A stretch of DNA of 64,000 bases. Origin: a virus. The notes under the pieces were generated by a model. It did not search any database and was not told where the DNA came from. It worked only from the letters and a program-made list of their open reading frames with translations. The stretch lies in IMG/VR virus record IMGVR_UViG_3300027835_000143, positions 31,718 through 95,717 of that record; one strand, written 5' to 3'. Below, piece after piece: positions 56,130 through 64,000 of the stretch. The position numbers and the translations under genes are program-made. Each line of letters starts with the position of its first letter. The first letter of the stretch is position 1.

Positions 56130-56868
56130 CTATGCAAGGGGTCTACGCGATCGTCAACGCCGTGAACGGCTGCCGGTACATCGGCAGCTCGAAGGACATC
56201 GCCGGCCGCTGGCAGGATCATTCGCGAGGACTGTCGCGCGAACAGCATCATTGCGCGCACCTGCAGCGGGCGTGGAACAAGTACGGCGCGGTGGCGTTCC
56301 GGTTCGAGATCGTGGAACTCGTACTGCTGCGCGAGCAGCTCCGTGAGAGGGAACAGCGGCACCTAGACTCGACGCCGAACAAGTACAACGTCAGCGTCAG
56401 CGCAGATCACGGGCCTGGCATGACAGGACGCCGGCACACGGCCGAGACGCGAGAGAGAATTAAAGAGGCGCGCGCGCGACAGGCGCGGCGCCATTGCAGC
56501 GAGGAGACGAAACAAAGGATGTCTCTGGCGCAAAAGGGCCGGCCGTCGCCGCACCGTGGGCGTCACCTATCTCAGGAAGTCAGAGATAAGATTCGGCGAA
56601 CCAAAACAGGTAAGCGCGTACGACAGTCCTTGACTCTGAAGCAGTGGAACGCGTCGCCGCCCAATTGCGCGGCCGCAAGAGGCCAGACGTCAGCGAGCTG
56701 TTAAAGAAGCGATGGCGCGACCCTGTCCAGCGTGCCAGCGTCACCGCTAAGATTAAAGCCGCGCTAACAGGGCGCGTCTGTACCGCCGAGCACCGTGCTG
56801 CGATGAGCGTAGGACGGAAGCGCGCGCGCCGACAAAGGGAGATCGTAGATGCCTACCGGAACGATTAA
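56126..56868 (+). pseudogene. GIY-YIG homing endonuclease with NUMOD3 repeats, frameshifted near 56614-56640
   Basis: GVYAI.N..NG..YIGSS, R...H, LQ.AWNKYG, REQ; NUMOD3 repeats continue in the -1 frame to 56868. Confidence 0.75.
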
Positions 56869-57055
56869 ACGTTTGATTAAAGATAGAGGTTTTGGATTCA
56901 TTCGCCCTGCGGGCGGCGGCGAAGAACTCTTTTTCCACCGTTCTGCCGTGCGCGAGAACGGCTACGACGCGTTGACGGAGAACCAGCGCGTCTCGTACGA
57001 CGAGGGCAGCGGCACGACGAAGGGGCCGCGCGCCGAGGACGTCCGCGCGATCTGA
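56849..57055 (+). CDS. Cold-shock domain protein
   Basis: RGFGFI (RNP1), LFFH.S (RNP2), KGPRA.DV. Confidence 0.95.
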   Translation: MPTGTIKRLIKDRGFGFIRPAGGGEELFFHRSAVRENGYDALTENQRVSYDEGSGTTKGPRAEDVRAI

Positions 57056-57062
57056 GCGTCCG

Positions 57063-57446
57063 ATGCACATGCACGCGCGCGAGACGGTAAACACGCAGTG
57101 GATCGCTGAGCGGCTCGCCGACCTGCTGTCGTCCTGGTGGCTCGCCGGCGCGCCGGAAATGCGCGACGCGGTGCCGGTCGTGACGGTCTACGGCGGCCTC
57201 TGTGACCTCCCGCTGGCACAGGCGGCACCGCGCAAGGCGGGCCGTCGGATCGTCAGGCTCGCGTACGACTACGAGGAGCAGTTCGCCGCGCACGCGTACC
57301 TGCCTGAGGCCGAGTTCGAGAGGCAGGTCATCCGGCCGCTGGCGACGTCCGGCGAGGCGCTCCGGGCGCGCGTCCGGCAGGCGCGCCGGGAACATGAGGA
57401 GCGAATGGTCTACAAGCACGATACGAGTCGGCGATGCAGGTCGTAA
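57063..57446 (+). CDS. Hypothetical protein
   Basis: Fills gap in coupled operon. Confidence 0.45.
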   Translation: MHMHARETVNTQWIAERLADLLSSWWLAGAPEMRDAVPVVTVYGGLCDLPLAQAAPRKAGRRIVRLAYDYEEQFAAHAYLPEAEFERQVIRPLATSGEALRARVRQARREHEERMVYKHDTSRRCRS

Positions 57447-58456
57447 TCACCGGTGGTTCCGGGTTCCTCGGCAGGGCGCTCGTCTCGCGCCTCTGCCGAT
57501 CGGGCGCCGACCGCATAGCCACGTTCTCACGCGATGAGCAGAAGAGAGCCGCGCTCCAACGCGAGTTCGCATGGCATCCAGGCTTCAGAGTTTATGCTGG
57601 CGATGTGCGCGACGCCGGCCGGCTGCCGGATCTCTTCTACGGTTGCGAAGCTGTGATCCACTGCGCCGCCAGAAAGATCGTCAGCGGGCACCCGGACGAG
57701 CCGGAGGAGATGCTGAAGACGAACGTCTGTGGCACGCTCAACGTCGTCAACGCCGCTCGCGCTGCCGGGTGCCGGAAGCTCGTGTTCGTGAGCAGCGACA
57801 AGGCTGTCCGGGCGGAGAACGTCTACGGGAAGTCGAAGGGGCTGGCAGAGGATCTCGTCGTCAACGCGAACGCGCGGACGATGCACGACGGCCTCCGCTG
57901 CGGCGTCGTGCGGTATGGAAACGTCATCGGATCGACCGGATCCGTCGCCGTCTTCTGGCGGCAGCAGGCGCAGCGCGGACTGCCGCTCCAGATCACGGAT
58001 CCGCAGATGACAAGGTTCTGGATTACCGCGGCGCAGGCGGTCGACCTCGTCCTGGCGGCGCTCGCGAACCTGCGCGGTGGCGAGATCGTCGTCCCGCACC
58101 TGCCGGCCGCGCGTATCACGACGCTCGCCGAGGCGATCGCCGGGGACGGCGTGACGTTCCGGCCGGTCGATGACGTCCCGATGGAGCGCGCGGCGAACGC
58201 GGCGCGGCAGGGCGGTGAGAAGGTCCACGAAGAACTGCTGTCAGCGACCGAAGTGCGGCGTGCGGTGCGGCGCGATGACTATTACGTCATTCCACCCTTC
58301 CAACATTCTGAGATGTGGGATGCCAAGCCGTGGCTCGGCCAGCCGGTAGACCAGGCGCTCGCCTACCGGAGCGACGTCTGGCCGTGGCAGCTAACCGTGG
58401 CTGATATGCGCGAGCTGCTCGCGTCCTGCGACTCGATCGCCGAGGCGCGCCGGTGA
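57434..58456 (+). CDS. pseB: UDP-GlcNAc 4,6-dehydratase (PseB/FlaA1-like)
   Basis: TGGSGFLG, FSRDE.K, GDVRD, H.AA.K.V, SDKA, YG.SK, VRYGNV.GS.GSV, ITD..MTRF, GEK.HE.L. Confidence 0.9.
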   Translation: MQVVITGGSGFLGRALVSRLCRSGADRIATFSRDEQKRAALQREFAWHPGFRVYAGDVRDAGRLPDLFYGCEAVIHCAARKIVSGHPDEPEEMLKTNVCGTLNVVNAARAAGCRKLVFVSSDKAVRAENVYGKSKGLAEDLVVNANARTMHDGLRCGVVRYGNVIGSTGSVAVFWRQQAQRGLPLQITDPQMTRFWITAAQAVDLVLAALANLRGGEIVVPHLPAARITTLAEAIAGDGVTFRPVDDVPMERAANAARQGGEKVHEELLSATEVRRAVRRDDYYVIPPFQHSEMWDAKPWLGQPVDQALAYRSDVWPWQLTVADMRELLASCDSIAEARR

Positions 58457-59169
58457 GCGCGCCGCGCGTCGTCGCCGTCGTGCAGGCACGGTTCGGATCC
58501 TCGCGGCTGCCAGGGAAGGCCATGCGGGTCCTCGCCGGGAGGCCGATGCTCGCGCACGTGCTCGAGCGCGCCGCCGCCGTCGAGGGCGTCTCGACGATCG
58601 TCCTCGCGACGACCGTCCGCGAGTGCGACGACGCGCTGGCTGCGCTCGCTCTAGCATCCGGCGTCCCGTGCTTCCGCGGCGACGAGGCGGACGTCCTGAC
58701 GCGGTTCGAGCTGCTGGCGCAGCTCCATCGTGCGGACGTCATCGTCCGCCTGACCGGTGACTGCCCGCTGATCGACCCTGCGGTCTGCGCCGCGGTGCTC
58801 GCGGAGTTCGCCGAGCCACCGCAGGCCGACTTCGCCTCGAACGACACGACGTCGTCCGGCTACCCGGACGGCACCGACTGCGAGGTCATCGGCCGCGATG
58901 CGCTGCGAGAGGCATGGCGGAACACGCGCATCCAATCGGACCGCGAGCACGTGACGCCGTGGATCCGGCGTCACAAGACCTGCCGGACGGTGCGGTACGC
59001 CGGGCCGGACGACCTGCGGCGCGTCAAGCTCTCGGTAGACACGGAGGAGGACTTCGCGCGCGTCAGCAAAATATTCGCCAAGCTGAAGCCAGGCGAGACG
59101 TCGCTGGCCGCGACGCTGCGCGCGGCCGGCGTCGCGCTCGGGAACGGCCGGACGCCGGGACGGATCTGA
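58453..59169 (+). CDS. spsF: SpsF/PseF-like acylneuraminate cytidylyltransferase
   Basis: QAR.GSSRLPGK, FRG.E.DVL.R, R.TGDCPL.DP, P.G...E, REHVT, LSVDT.ED. Confidence 0.88.
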   Translation: MSAPRVVAVVQARFGSSRLPGKAMRVLAGRPMLAHVLERAAAVEGVSTIVLATTVRECDDALAALALASGVPCFRGDEADVLTRFELLAQLHRADVIVRLTGDCPLIDPAVCAAVLAEFAEPPQADFASNDTTSSGYPDGTDCEVIGRDALREAWRNTRIQSDREHVTPWIRRHKTCRTVRYAGPDDLRRVKLSVDTEEDFARVSKIFAKLKPGETSLAATLRAAGVALGNGRTPGRI

Positions 59170-59170
59170 A

Positions 59171-60043
59171 ATGGAGATGGAGCCGATCGTCATCTACGCA
59201 CTGGTTGACGGCGAAGGGAGACGTCGTTACGTCGGGAAGACGACATGCTTGAAGCGCCGCTTCGCGAGGCACCGCCGGCCGAGGCCGTGGGCGGTAGGAG
59301 TGATCGTGCTCGAAGAGTGCACCGCAGAGGCGTGGCAGGAGCGCGAGAAGTACTGGATACGACATGCGCGGCGAAGCGGATGGCCCATCGAGAACCTTGC
59401 CGACGGCGGTTGCTCAGGGAGGCCGAATAATTTCGGCATGACAGGCCAGAAACATTCTGCCGATGCGCGCGCCAAAATTTCAGCGGCACAGCTGGCGTCA
59501 TGGGTGACGCCAGAGCGTCGCGCGAAGGACGCGGCGAATAATCGGAGACGCGGCCCGCTGCCAAAGGCGCGACCGCCGCGCGAGCCGAAACAGAACGCCC
59601 GTTTCGCGAAGGGTAACATTCCGTGGAACGCTGGCCGAACCAAGGACACCGACGAACGTGTCGCTTCTATAGGTGCAAAAGTCGCGGATAGGCTGCGCGG
59701 CCGCGCGCCGTCAAACAAAGGTCGGCCGCAGTCTGACGCGGCGCGCGCTGCTAATAGCCGCGCGCATTCTGGCCTGCGATGGAGTCACAATCGGCGTGCA
59801 GCATTCGAGCGGTCACGGGAGGCGTGGTTGCTTACGCTACGAGGTGTACGTCGTAGCAAGTCGTGGACGGCTAAACAACGCGCGGCGCGCGGCTATCCAG
59901 CTATGGTCACCGTCAGGTGTGCTGTGTGCGATACCGCGCGGACGATTCGAGAGACTCAGACTAAGCGTGGTAGAGGTAAATATTGTTCTGCGCGGTGCAG
60001 AGGGATCGCTTCCGCCGCAGCGCGCTGGAGGAAGGCGTCGTGA
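59171..60043 (+). CDS. GIY-YIG homing endonuclease with NUMOD3 repeats and C-terminal Zn finger
   Basis: IYAL......YVGKT, R...H, RE..WI, N...GG; G.KHS...R.KIS; C..C...KYCS..C. Confidence 0.8.
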   Translation: MEMEPIVIYALVDGEGRRRYVGKTTCLKRRFARHRRPRPWAVGVIVLEECTAEAWQEREKYWIRHARRSGWPIENLADGGCSGRPNNFGMTGQKHSADARAKISAAQLASWVTPERRAKDAANNRRRGPLPKARPPREPKQNARFAKGNIPWNAGRTKDTDERVASIGAKVADRLRGRAPSNKGRPQSDAARAANSRAHSGLRWSHNRRAAFERSREAWLLTLRGVRRSKSWTAKQRAARGYPAMVTVRCAVCDTARTIRETQTKRGRGKYCSARCRGIASAAARWRKAS

Positions 60044-60903
60044 AGACTACCGTCATTGCCGAACCTGGCTGTACGCATGAAGGATCTTTCCAGAAGATGC
60101 AATCACTTATAGCTCTCGCAGCCGATTGCGGCGCGACCGGTATCAAGTTCCAATGGTGTTCAGATCCTGAGATGCTCGCGCGGCGACGTGACGCCGCAGA
60201 CATGTTGCCGTACTACCAATGGCTGAAGTTCCCGCTCGACTGGCTCGCCGACCTGCGGGCGCGCGCGACGCAGCGCGGCCTGACGTTCGGCTGCACGGCG
60301 TACCTGCCGCGCGACGTAGCGGCCGTCGATCCGTATATCGACTTCTATAAGATCGCTGCATTTGAGGCGACGGCCGCGGACTTGATCGCGGCAAACGTCG
60401 CCCAGATGCGCGGGAACGAAAAGCCGCTCGTCGTCAGCCTCGGACTCGGCGCGGCGGCGACAGACCTGCGCGTGCTCCTGAACGACGCCGACATATCGGC
60501 TCGTACGCTGCGCCTCCGCTGCGTCTCAGCGTATCCGACGCCGATTGGCGAACTCGGCCTCGCGGCGCTGCATCCTGGCGGCGACGATCCGATCGACGGC
60601 CTGTCAGACCACACGGCAGCGGACGATCCCGACTCACTGAACGTCGGCGCGCTCGCCGTCGCAGCCGGCGCGCGATGGATAGAGCGCCACGTCCGTCTCG
60701 CCGAGTGCCGCGAGAGTAATCCGGATCATGCCGTGTCGTTCTCGGCCCACCCGTTCGCGGAGTACGTCCACCGCATCGTCGTCGCGGAACAGGCGACCGT
60801 CCGCCGTACCGGCGCGGCGCCGTCTGAGCAGCCAATGGAGCGCCACAAGGCGAAGGGACCGTCAGATGCCAGCAGCAGCCGTAGAAGCCGTCGCGCTGAG
60901 TGA
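60040..60903 (+). CDS. neuB: NeuB/PseI-family nonulosonic acid synthase (no SAF domain)
   Basis: VIAE.G..H.G, GA..IKFQ, KIA.FE, S.G, CVS.YPTP, GLSDHT, GA..IERH, PDH..S. Confidence 0.88.
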   Translation: MKTTVIAEPGCTHEGSFQKMQSLIALAADCGATGIKFQWCSDPEMLARRRDAADMLPYYQWLKFPLDWLADLRARATQRGLTFGCTAYLPRDVAAVDPYIDFYKIAAFEATAADLIAANVAQMRGNEKPLVVSLGLGAAATDLRVLLNDADISARTLRLRCVSAYPTPIGELGLAALHPGGDDPIDGLSDHTAADDPDSLNVGALAVAAGARWIERHVRLAECRESNPDHAVSFSAHPFAEYVHRIVVAEQATVRRTGAAPSEQPMERHKAKGPSDASSSRRSRRAE

Positions 60904-61204
60904 GTGCGCCGGCTGCGGCCGGTCCGACCTCCCGCTCGCGGCAGTCACGCTGTGCACGCCGTGCTTCCGCCTGAACGACGAACGCGTGACGGCCGTCCGG
61001 CTCCGGCTCTCAGGCGACGTCGACTGGGAGGACGTGCGGAAGTACGGCATCTACGACCGGTACGGCGTCCCGATCGCGACCGTGCTGCGGATCGAAGACG
61101 GGTGGTCCGGTGCGCAGCAGCACGGGATGATGTCGACAGGACGGATACGTCTCAGCACCGTACCAGACGTGAAGGCGCTGACGGTCAAGGAGCTGAAGCG
61201 ATGA
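60866..61204 (+). CDS. Zn-finger hypothetical protein
   Basis: CAGC...LC..C. Confidence 0.4.
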   Translation: MPAAAVEAVALSECAGCGRSDLPLAAVTLCTPCFRLNDERVTAVRLRLSGDVDWEDVRKYGIYDRYGVPIATVLRIEDGWSGAQQHGMMSTGRIRLSTVPDVKALTVKELKR

Positions 61205-61404
61205 GCGAGTTCCCTGAATGGTTGGAGGACAGGATCGGTATCGTGTCTGACCTCTCGTCAGCCGAGGCGAGGGATCTCCACAAGTCGCTGGACGTCCTGC
61301 GCCGTCACGTCCCGGACCTCGACGAGATCATGGCCGAGCACCCGACGCGCGCGCGGTTCCGGTCCTGGCCGTTCCTGAAACGGTACGCATTCATATGCCG
61401 GTGA
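61201..61404 (+). CDS. Small hypothetical protein
   Basis: ATGA overlap, AAGGAG RBS; resembles phage E.R..I..EA domains. Confidence 0.45.
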   Translation: MSEFPEWLEDRIGIVSDLSSAEARDLHKSLDVLRRHVPDLDEIMAEHPTRARFRSWPFLKRYAFICR

Positions 61405-61410
61405 GGCTCG

Positions 61411-62103
61411 TTGACATCGACGTCTGCGCGCGACAATATCGGCCGCTCGGTCATCGAAGAGAGGATCGGCCAGATGCGATTAGATGATTTCTGGCGGTCG
61501 TCGCGGTGGCTCGAATACGAGCTGGCGTACGGCGACGCGCAGGGCACGCGGAGCGCGCAACTCGCGGCGGCGATGTGGCGCACGCGTGTCGTCGACCTCG
61601 CGCGGCCGGTAGAGGCGCTCTGGCGCGACGTCCGTAGGAGCTACCACGCGCTGATCCACCGCGCGGAACGCGTCTGGCCCATGCAGGTCATGACAGACAC
61701 CGACGTGGGCGTCGACTTGCCCGGCCCGCGGGTGCTGCACGCGGTGGAATCCGGACGCGTGACTCGGCCGCTGCGGACGTGGGCGCTGATGGCCGACTGG
61801 ACCCGCGCGGAAAGCGGCCTCTGCGTGTCCGCGCGCGACGACGACCCGCCGTATCACATGGTCGGCTTCGCCTACTTCATCCGCGACGGCGCGTGGGGCT
61901 ATTACGCGAGCGCCGCGACGGTGCGGCGAGACCTGAACCACGCCATCGTCTGGCGCGCGATGCTGGAATTGCGCTCCAGCGGCGTCCGATGGCTGGAGAT
62001 GGGCTGGCAGGGTGAGGCGCAGGGCGACAAGGGGAAGTCGATCGAGTTCTTCAGGAGAGGCTTCGGCGGAGCCGACCTGCCGCTCGACGCGGAGCTGGCA
62101 TGA
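61411..62103 (+). CDS. FemAB-like GNAT protein (start uncertain)
   Basis: VDL....E.LW..VR.SY..LI; YY..AA; H...W..M..L...G...LE.G; F..GFGG. Confidence 0.75.
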   Translation: MTSTSARDNIGRSVIEERIGQMRLDDFWRSSRWLEYELAYGDAQGTRSAQLAAAMWRTRVVDLARPVEALWRDVRRSYHALIHRAERVWPMQVMTDTDVGVDLPGPRVLHAVESGRVTRPLRTWALMADWTRAESGLCVSARDDDPPYHMVGFAYFIRDGAWGYYASAATVRRDLNHAIVWRAMLELRSSGVRWLEMGWQGEAQGDKGKSIEFFRRGFGGADLPLDAELA

Positions 62104-63437
62104 CGAAGTATGACGAATCCGCCAGGTACCTCGCGCGCGCTGGTATTATCCCTGGCCGGTCGCTAACGCATAGCAAGGCGCCGGGACGCATGTTCGACGT
62201 CGGCACCGGGCCGCTCTACGCCTCGTACGGCGACGGCTGCCGCCTGACGGACGTCGACGGCAACGAGTTCGTCGACATGGTCTGCGCGCTCGGCGCGATC
62301 AGCCTCGGCTACGGCGCCGCCGCAGATGCGGCGCAGGATGAGGTCTCGGACGGGTGGGTCTACTCGCTGCCGTCGTTCCGTGAGGTCGTCGCGGCCGAGA
62401 CGTTCCTCGAGCACGTCGCGCCGTGGGCGTCGTCGGTCCGGTTCGTCAAGACCGGGTCCGAGGCGCTACAGGCCGCCGTCCGGTTCGCGCGCGCGGCGAC
62501 GAGCCGTAGCATCATACTCATCGCTGACAACGCGTACCACGGCTGGCATGACTGGGTGCAGGCGTCGCACGGGACGCGGCGGACCTCCGGCGGCGGCTAT
62601 GAGCCGGCACGCGTCGATGCACGCATCTTCTCGTCGGTCTCGTTGGTCCACCCTCCCATGCACTGGTGCCTCGACGACACGTGGCCGAACGGCGTGCCGA
62701 TCGGCTACACGTCAGGCATAGGCGTCTACAGGTACGGCGACATGGGCAGCCTCGCCGCCGCCGCGAGCGCGGCCGGCTCGTCATCGTCGGCGTCAGGACG
62801 GACGCAGCAGTGCGTCGGCGCGGTGATCGTCGAGCCGGCACGGTGGGAAGACCCGAACCCGGACGGGTTCCTGCAGCGCGTCCGGAACTGGTGCGACGCG
62901 AACGGTGCGCTCATGATCGTCGACGAGATGATCTACGGCGGCCGGTGGGCGCTCGGTGGCGCGACGCAGCACTTCGGAGTGACGCCGGACCTCGCGTGCT
63001 TCGGGAAAGCGATCGGGAACGGCGCGCCGATCGCGTGCGTAGCCGGCAACGAGGCGCTCGCGTTCCTCGGCGAGACCGTGTCGGGCACCTATAGCGGAGA
63101 CGCAGCCGCGCTCGCCGCCATGCAGGCGACGCTACTGACGTATGCGTCGTCACCGGTGGTCGAGACGTTGTGGGCTAACGGCCGGCTGCTGCAGGCAGGC
63201 CTACGCGAGATCGCCGCGTCCGCGCCATCGCCGTGCGTGGCGGAGGGGCAGGCCGTGCATCAGCGCCTGCGGTTCACCGAGCGGCCGGACCTCGGCCGGG
63301 TGTTCGCAGGCGAGATGGCCTCGCGCGGCGTCCTGTGGCATCCGGACGTCGTGAACGTCATGGCGGCGCACGCACCGACTGACATCAACCTCGCGCTCGA
63401 CGCCGCGCGGGCGAGCATGGCGGCGGTGCGCGCATGA
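62100..63437 (+). CDS. Class III PLP aminotransferase (GSA-aminomutase-like, sugar pathway)
   Basis: G.GC...DVDGN.F.D, LG...LGY, F.KTGSEA, YHGWHDW, I.EP, I.DE, CFGKAIGNG. Confidence 0.88.
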   Translation: MTKYDESARYLARAGIIPGRSLTHSKAPGRMFDVGTGPLYASYGDGCRLTDVDGNEFVDMVCALGAISLGYGAAADAAQDEVSDGWVYSLPSFREVVAAETFLEHVAPWASSVRFVKTGSEALQAAVRFARAATSRSIILIADNAYHGWHDWVQASHGTRRTSGGGYEPARVDARIFSSVSLVHPPMHWCLDDTWPNGVPIGYTSGIGVYRYGDMGSLAAAASAAGSSSSASGRTQQCVGAVIVEPARWEDPNPDGFLQRVRNWCDANGALMIVDEMIYGGRWALGGATQHFGVTPDLACFGKAIGNGAPIACVAGNEALAFLGETVSGTYSGDAAALAAMQATLLTYASSPVVETLWANGRLLQAGLREIAASAPSPCVAEGQAVHQRLRFTERPDLGRVFAGEMASRGVLWHPDVVNVMAAHAPTDINLALDAARASMAAVRA

Positions 63438-63874
63438 TCACGCTCCGCGCAGTCACGGACGCTGACGCAGTCGCGCTGTACCGCTGGCGCAACGATGACG
63501 AGGCGCGCAAGTACAGCGGTAGCAGCGGCCGCATCCCGTGGCAGGAGCACATCACCTGGTTCGGGAACCGGCTGCTCGCCGGTGCGTGGCTCATCGCGAC
63601 GTCCGTCCCGGAGGCGACGGCAGTCGGAACCGTGCGCTGGGACAGGCACTTGGACGACCGGACGTGGATCTCGGTCCTCGTCGCGCCGGAGCATCGCGGC
63701 CGCGGCGTGGGCGCGGCGATCGTGCTCGTCGCGACCGGACGGCGGGCGGGGCCGGTCTACGCGCGGATCCACGAGGGCAACGCACCGTCGCTCCGCATCT
63801 TCGCGCGCGCGGGCTACGTCCGGCTCCCGGAGGAAGATGACGGCGTCTGGCAGACATGGTGGAGGATGGTCTGA
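63434..63874 (+). CDS. PseH-like GNAT N-acetyltransferase
   Basis: LY.WRND, I.W.EH..WF, VG.VR.D, RGRG.G, N..S.R.F..AGY. Confidence 0.8.
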   Translation: MITLRAVTDADAVALYRWRNDDEARKYSGSSGRIPWQEHITWFGNRLLAGAWLIATSVPEATAVGTVRWDRHLDDRTWISVLVAPEHRGRGVGAAIVLVATGRRAGPVYARIHEGNAPSLRIFARAGYVRLPEEDDGVWQTWWRMV

Positions 63875-64000
63875 TGGCATACTACTGGATCTTCTGGACG
63901 ATCGCCGCGTTCATGGCCGTCAGCCTGCTCCACAATCTGACGGCCGCGCTACTGGCGTCCGCGTCCGCGCTGCGCGCCGAAACGGTGCAACGTCAGGGGG
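63874..64000 (+). CDS. Membrane protein, partial (runs off window)
   Basis: GGAGG RBS, TGATG overlap, hydrophobic N-terminus. Confidence 0.4.
   Translation, partial: MAYYWIFWTIAAFMAVSLLHNLTAALLASASALRAETVQRQG

Larger units (their letters stand above)
1..64000 (+). mobile_element. Tailed dsDNA phage/prophage genome segment (extends beyond both edges)
   Basis: Tape measure, tail, endolysin, SbcCD, SSB, DnaB, methyltransferases and homing endonucleases among many short coupled hypothetical ORFs; no host housekeeping operon. Confidence 0.95.

Noticed and set aside
62100-63437. hemL (heme biosynthesis)
   Set aside because: No other tetrapyrrole genes; YHGWHDW variant and sugar-pathway neighbours
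1-64000. Numerous long minus-strand and alternative-frame ORFs (e.g. 37835-39757, 17263-18855, 38329-39924)
   Set aside because: Arg/Pro/Ala-rich shadows of real + strand genes in high-GC DNA; no motifs or RBS
1-64000. CRISPR array, tRNA/tmRNA genes, diversity-generating retroelement, integrase or att site
   Set aside because: No regularly spaced repeats, no T-arm plus acceptor-stem pattern, no reverse transcriptase or recombinase motifs seen by eye

Overview
This high-GC window is part of a tailed (probably siphovirus-like) dsDNA phage or prophage genome. Nearly all genes are on the + strand and many are translationally coupled (ATGA/GTGA overlaps). Gene order: 3' part of the tape measure gene, tail, fibre and beta-helix spike genes (1-7.8 kb); lysis and small membrane/secreted genes (7.9-10.7 kb); a reverse-strand EndoVII-type homing endonuclease; a strong sigma70-like promoter followed by about 500 nt of densely base-paired non-coding sequence; a long early/accessory region (MoxR-type AAA+/vWA-metallopeptidase module, many small Zn-finger ORFs, SF2 helicase); a second structured non-coding region (30.1-30.8 kb); recombination/replication genes (SbcCD, SSB, resolvase, DnaB); DNA-modification genes; and a nonulosonic (pseudaminic-type) sugar biosynthesis cluster running off the right edge. 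Highlights: (1) a carboxy-SAM DNA hypermodification cassette (C5-MTase with a motif X Asn->Arg change, amidotransferase, UDG-like protein, CmoA); (2) a phage-resident Pse-like sugar pathway; (3) two large candidate structured ncRNAs; (4) two dispersed cis-regulatory motifs. Host-like genes suggest an Acidobacteriota (Vicinamibacterales-like) host; this is inference. No integrase, capsid, terminase, tRNA or CRISPR array was seen. All family assignments come from motif recognition by eye; no searches were run.
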